64,000 bases of DNA from Octopus vulgaris (lineage: Eukaryota). The stretch spans positions 113,708,001 to 113,772,000 of the forward strand of contig OX597818.1 of assembly GCA_951406725.2 (NCBI GenBank), written 5' to 3'. The stretch's first letter is position 1; each line of letters begins with the position of its first letter. The position numbers were made by a program, and so were the translations under genes. A model generated the notes under the pieces. The model saw only the letters and a list, made by a program, of their open reading frames with translations. It was not told the origin of the DNA and did no database searches. Positions 57,430 to 64,000 of the stretch are shown piece after piece.

Positions 57430-58860
57430 TAATGAAATCAATTTGGAAGGACGAAATATTGTCAGTAAACTAAACTAGAAAATCGAAAGGAACCTTATTC
57501 ATCTACGGAGCGGAACCTTATTCACCCGACACATAAATCTAAAAGACCATAAACCAAATCGTTTTTGAGCAATCCTTTGGATAGACTCATTTCCACGTCA
57601 AAGTCTGACATTGTAAAAGCATTTTTTTCCGTATTTTACCTGTTCTTAAAAATGAAAATTGAACTCAGTTTGTGGTCAAGCACTTTACAAGTAATTGATT
57701 GGTTTAAAGGGCTAGATTTAGTACGTACTATATTTATACAAATATACATTTCTAACTGTTACACTTTTTCTCCTTTTTCTCCTCAACAACATTCTTATTT
57801 TCGTTATGTAAAATTCACAACTATCTAGACAAGATAAAGAGATAATATTAATGGATAGGAAACAGTGATTGAGTTTGAAACAACATTCGTGATTAGAGAA
57901 CATTGATTTAATTTTAAGGTAAATTTTGATAGAATTAACTTCGTTATTACCATGGGATCGGGTGACTCAGCACAGGCTATTGATTTCATGGGTATATATT
58001 TTTTATATTGCATCAAAAAGGTGTTCTCAGAAATATAGGTATGACTTTTTTGGAATGACGCCTTGTTCAACTTCTGAAAATGCCATAATATAGAACTAGA
58101 GAGAAATAGAAAAAAAAAAAAGCTTAGAAACTTCTTTAAAAACATAGGACTTTCTGTCTCCTAGGAACATAACTGTAAGGTAGTTAACTCTCTGGCTGTA
58201 ACATTGGAACGAAATACTGGGCTTTATTGTCCGGTTCACAATATCACTGTAAATTTAATAAAAATTCGCATCATCCTGAAGTAGTAATTAAATTGAGTAC
58301 TAGGAGAGTTTTATCTAGAATATCTAGGCTTTGTGCGAATGAGGAAATTTTCTCGCAAAGTCATATTATTATAATATAGTTATAACTAGAGCCGGATACA
58401 CTGAAAAGATAAGTTTTATTCCAAAAGACAGTATTGCCAAGACACCTAAGGAAAGAGGTCTATACTCACAGGAACATATACGCAACAATTGCTATAAAGT
58501 CAGAGAGATTAATTGTTTAAATAACTCCTGTATTTCCCTCGAAAGCCCAAGCTCGAATCTGGAATTTTCAGGAATTAAATCTCAATTAGGTATGAGCAGA
58601 AAAACTAAAAAAAAGTGATAATTTTAACCCTGGGAGTAATCGTTTCCCAATGTGCGACCATAAGAAAATAACTCAATGTGGAAGCAATATAACTATCTCA
58701 ACAATGACAACAAAACCAATAAAATTAGATTACTAAGAAAAATATTACATGGTTTAACCTTACCTTCTTATTCGTGTAACCTCGGATGTCTCCGGAATAT
58801 TCTTAAGAGCATTTTCCACCCTCTAATAGAGTAAAATGCTCTGTAGTCATACCGTGAAAA
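57430..58860 (+). mobile_element. Decayed Penelope-like element reverse transcriptase
   Basis: Remnants LWSSTLQVIDWFK, FIQIYISNCY, FVITMGSGDSAQ..GIYFL and KNITWFN resemble PLE RT motifs; many stops. Confidence 0.7.
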
Positions 58861-58959
58861 TTGTGCAATGAGCTACGCTTAATCTAGCAGATAATATAGT
58901 AGCAATTAACAGTAAGAAATTAAATACTATTAGTAATTACGAATGAACTTTTAGTTATT

Positions 58960-59487
58960 AAGTCGATATATCGACCCCAGTGCGTAACTGAAACTTTTTT
59001 AATCGACCCCGAAAGGATGAAAGGCAAAGTCAACCTTGGCGGAATTTGAACTCCGTAGCGGCAGACGAAATACCTATTTCTTTACTACCCACAAGGGGCT
59101 TAATACAGAGGGGACAGACAACGACAGGCAAACGGATTAAGTCGATTATAATTATAAGTACCAGTGCGTAACTGGTACTTATTTAATCGACCCCGAAAGG
59201 ATGAAAGGCAAAGTCGACCTCGGCGGAATTTGAACTCAGAACGTAGCGGCAGACGAAATACCTGTTGCTTTATTACCCACATGGGGCTAAACATAGAGGG
59301 GACAAACAAGGACAGATAAACGGATTAAGTCGATTACATCGACCCCCAGTACGTAACTGGTACTTAATTTATCGATCCCGAAAGGATGAAAGGCAAAGTC
59401 GACCTCGGCGGAATTTGAACTCAGAACGTAACGGCAGACGAAATACGGCTACGCATTTCGCCTGGCGTGCTAACGATTCTGCCAGCT
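58960..59487 (-). repeat. Tandem array of three partial family C SINE units
   Basis: aatcgaccccgaaaggatgaaaggcaaagtcgacctcggcggaatttgaactc occurs at about 59001, 59185 and 59370. Confidence 0.85.
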
Positions 59488-59502
59488 TGCTTTTATTTTT
59501 AT

Positions 59503-59636
<134 letters not shown>

Positions 59637-61746
59637 GTATGTATGTAAATATAATCTCGAATAGCAACACTCTATCTTTAACCATTCTGTGTGTACTTTT
59701 TGTTTGTCTCTCTTTTTATCACTAATCTCATATATAAATGTGAACATGTGCAATAGCTTGGTTTAATATTTTCTAATTAAAGCTAATTTTTAATTATACT
59801 AACATCTGCAGACTTTACAAACTGCCAAAAGATTCTTGAGTATTATTACACTCACTATTGGCGACAAAAATTATTGTTTATATCTGAATAGCAATCATTC
59901 ATGGTTTAAGTTCAAACCCCACCGTCGTCGAAAGTGCCTTCATCACCTCCAAGAGGCGTTAAAAATAGCAGGCAGTTAACGACATTAATCCACTTTTCCC
60001 ACCTCCAAAATGTATAGTTCTGTCCCTGTTAGATTTCTTTCTCCGAATCGTCGAACGTAAGGAAAAAAATGTCGTACGGTACTTATCCCGACTCTTTACA
60101 TTCCGAGTTCAAATCATGTAGAGAGTCAACTTTACTTTTCTTCCCTGTGTTGTCGATAAATAGAAGCACCTGTCAAATATTAGGGTCGATGTAATCGACT
60201 AACGCTTTTCGTCTAAAAAATGCTGACCTTATACTTTAATTAGAAATAATTATTTCTCGAGTCGTTATTCCGGCAGAATTGTTGGCGCGTGGTACAAAAT
60301 GCCTTGCAGTATTTGTTCCGAATCTTTCTGTTCTGTTTTCAAATCCTTCCGAGACCAATTTTACTTTCTATCCTTCTGAAATTGATAAAATTTAGGGACC
60401 AATCAAGAGTACAGGAGTTGGTTTAATCTCCTAGCACAGTCCTACAAATTTTTGGTCTTGCACCAAAGTTAGGATTTGCTTTTGTTGTTTTTATTATGAC
60501 AGAATCATTAGAACTTTGGACACGGTTTCCGTTGTTTGATTTCGCTCAAATCTCGCTGAAATCAACATTGTCTTTCATCTTTCTGTTCTCGATAAAATAA
60601 AATACAAATAAAGTACTGGGGGCAACAAGATCTATTTTATCTTCACCTCGATTATGAGGCTTTGTGCCTTTTGTAAAAAAAAAAACAATTTCCTGTAGAT
60701 TTCACCCCACCTTTCTACTGTGTTCGAATTACTATTATAGATATGTTGCTGTGATAGCTGTTATTTTTGTAGTTGTTGCTTAGTCCCTGGCCAAGCCTGA
60801 GCAGACAGACCTATGACTAGAAGCATTCTAACTGCGACTTACTTACTTTACTGTGGGTCATTTGGCAAGTGTCTTTCATTATAGTCTCGGGTCGAGTGAA
60901 TTGGGTAAGTTCTTCGTATAGATCAAGGGTGAGGAAACATTTTAGTGCAGCGGACAAAAATTTCTAAAGATAAAGGTCCGCGGGCGGATCTCAAGTTCTA
61001 ACTCTTATATTTGTGTATATGTTGTATATATATCTATGTATAATTCGATATACATTAATAAAGATAAGTTTAACACATTAAACTAACGCGTAACATCTTC
61101 ATTAACGCCGCCACTGAATTTACGACGATTATAATATTTATGAGGTATTCTTTATTTTTCAGCTAGAGTGTAGTTCGGTCTCAAGAGGGTGGTACAAACA
61201 TAGCAATATGTATTTTATACTGAAAATAAAATGGCAATTACCGAACGATTTTCTGTTCGAGTCTAACCGTTTCGAGTCGTAGTTGGAAATGCGACCTATA
61301 TCACAAATAGGCATATGGATATTGTATAAATTTTATAATTGAAAAATTTACTATATTCTGTACATACGAGTACAAAAGGCTGCGGGCGCTATAAGATGGG
61401 CTCGCGGGCGCAATTGGTATAAATTATACCTGTAATTTAAAGATGAAGCCTTGTTACATACTGTTTCACTCGATTTAAGGGCACACATATTTATGGAATA
61501 CATAAATATGTATAATATTTAGCGTTTATATTCTCATTCACTTGAAACTAATATATGCAACCATAACCAATATAGTTGGTTATATTAATCCCTTTTCTTT
61601 GTCAACCACTTATTTTATTCATCTAGCAAGAAGGGAAGATTAAAAATAGACTTTGGTATAAATGGACCAAGCTAAATAGCACAAGGCATCTGTTATTGTC
61701 AGAAGCATGAAAATTAGCTTTGTTAAACCTCGTATATATTATATGA

Positions 61747-62083
61747 CTAGCAGTATCACCCGGCGTTGCTCGGGTTTGTAAGGGAAATAACTATAAAGCA
61801 TTTAGGTAAATTTTTTTTTGAGAGTTAAAAGGTCGAGTTGCGTCCCCTAGACAGTCTGTGGTTTGTGTTTCTGATTCTCGACCCCATGTCGAATTTATCG
61901 ATTTTTTTCAGAATTGGGGGAACTTTTCAAAATTTTCGCTGCGTTAGTTTTGAATTATGACATTGGGCTATGTGTGTGTCAAGTTTCATCAGAATCGGTT
62001 GAAAGCCGTGGTCAGGGTGAGGGTACAACCTAACAGACACACAGACACACACACAGACAAACTGCCGTTTATATAGAGAGAGA
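61747..62083 (-). mobile_element. Non-autonomous Helitron (same 3' end as 29661-30055, different interior)
   Basis: a|ctagcagtatcacccggcgttgctcgggtttgtaagggaaataactata is the reverse complement of the 30001-30055 terminus; TC at the far end. Confidence 0.78.
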
Positions 62084-62253
62084 TATTTATCCCTCACTGG
62101 ATGGAGTACTTTTCAGCTGATCCTACCAATAACGGAACAGTTCACTGAGTGTGGGTGTGTATGGCATGTGTGTGTGAGTGTGCATGTATAAAGAGAGAGG
62201 TGGAAAGAGGAAGAGAGAGAGAGTTTCATTCAAAAGGAAATTTGCTAAGGCTG

Positions 62254-62405
62254 TTGTGAAATAGAATGAAACCCACAACAGTCTTTGCGATGAAAACTTC
62301 TTAACTCTTCGGCTTTACTTCGAAATAATTCTAAATTTATATGTATTTTACATATAATGCCATTTGGAAACATTTCGAAATATAATTTCTTTTAGAATAT
62401 TGTCC

Positions 62406-62491
<86 letters not shown>

Positions 62492-62496
62492 CATAC

Positions 62497-62567
<71 letters not shown>

Positions 62568-62767
62568 ACAATATTCTAAAAGAAATTATATTTCGAAATG
62601 TTTCCAAATGGCATTATATGTAAAATACATATAAATTTAGAATTATTTCAAGTTAAGCCGAAGAGTTAAGAAGTTTTCATCGCAAAGACTGTTGTGGGTT
62701 TCATTCTATTTCACAAGTTACGACTTGGCATTCAAAGAATTTTGCAAAACTACAAATTAATTTACGC

Positions 62768-62813
<46 letters not shown>

Positions 62814-62852
62814 CATACATATATATATATATAAACATACATATATATATAT

Positions 62853-62916
<64 letters not shown>

Positions 62917-63013
62917 ATATATGTATGTATGTTTATATATATATATATATATATATATGAGGCGTAAATTAATTTGTAGTTTTGCAAAATTCTTTGAATG
63001 CCAAGTCGTAACT
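62254..63013. repeat. Two adjacent inverted repeats, each centred on a TA-rich microsatellite
   Basis: 62254-62407 pairs with 62564-62716 (about 153 bp, few differences); 62716-62771 pairs with 62958-63013 (about 56 bp). Confidence 0.9.
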
Positions 63014-63961
63014 TTGTGTTCTACACTAATTGATAATGTCAGTGATAGATTTTAGTTGTTTCGCTTCATATAAACGGTTCCTTTACCACTTCTGAGGATT
63101 GGATTTAAGCGCTTAACGGTTTAATGTTTAAGTGGGCGCAAATATTAAGCTGTGCTTTAAGAGGTTCGGTTAGCAACCACGGTTTTTCGAGTATTATATC
63201 ACTGCATGACACCTTGGACAATTTTTCTACAATTATAGCGTCGCGTCAACCAATATTTCGTGAATGAAATTCTGTAGTCGAAACTGTGTGGAGCCCGGTT
63301 TAACTTTATTACTTGGCTGTTGGTTATCCTTAGTTGAATCTATCCCGTTCCAGGTAACCAGTGAAACTGGAAGTTTTGATGAGCATTACCCTTCCTTCTT
63401 TGGCCATTTCCCTGCCCACACCACAACTTAGGATTTCACAACTTTTTGGTGAAACCTTATTAATTTACCGCCGCAAAAATTTATTCTGTCTCAGAGTTGT
63501 TCGTTTTAAACAATTCTTTTCTAAGCCAACAAATGCATATTTATACATTAATTGTGTTGTTCTGGTTAAGCTCCAGGTCAGCATTGAAATCAAGCGGGTT
63601 TATGGAGATGCCGTTACGGCCATATATATACGAGAGGTTATATTTATCGGAGTCGATAAATGAAGTGCCAATCAAGGCGATGGATTAGTGGAAGTGTAAG
63701 AACGTCGGACTGGATCTATTGTGATATATTTTCCGCTCTTTACGAAGTGAGTTCAAATCTCCCAAAGGCCTTCATGGACAGTAGACTTAATATCTTTAGT
63801 AGAGTCCACTTGGTTGCAAATATTCGGGTCCGGTTTTTAGTTAGGATACTTTTCTCCTTCAAAACGCTAGTCTCAGAGGCCTCGTAACGGGCTATGGGTA
63901 CTGCCTTCCCAACTGACTAAAAGGTAAAGAAAAAGTAAAATATCAATACTAGAAAGTAATT

Positions 63962-63994
<33 letters not shown>

Positions 63995-64000
63995 TTCTCT

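Overview
Eukaryotic, AT-rich, extremely microsatellite-rich animal DNA. The SINE repertoire and repeat density suggest an octopus (coleoid cephalopod) genome; this is inference. One host gene is readable: the last four coding exons of a minus-strand TGF-beta/BMP ligand matching ADMP (anti-dorsalizing morphogenetic protein), at 34743-34604, 21922-21763, 18953-18789 and 18647-18091, with consistent GT-AG phases. I did not find the 5' exon(s), which probably lie beyond 64000. The rest is mostly transposon debris: a full-length dead mariner, Tx1/L1, CR1-like, RTE-like and Penelope fragments, Dong/R4 copies sitting in (AAT)n tracts, Helitrons, hAT/pogo MITEs and at least four SINE families. The most notable hidden structure is a population of short non-coding elements carrying type I hammerhead ribozyme motifs, often with a CCGANGA core and a palindromic stem III. 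They abut (TA)n tracts and are often arranged as inverted copies, which resembles Penelope pLTR-derived or retrozyme-like elements. Nearly all other ORFs in the track are microsatellite artefacts.
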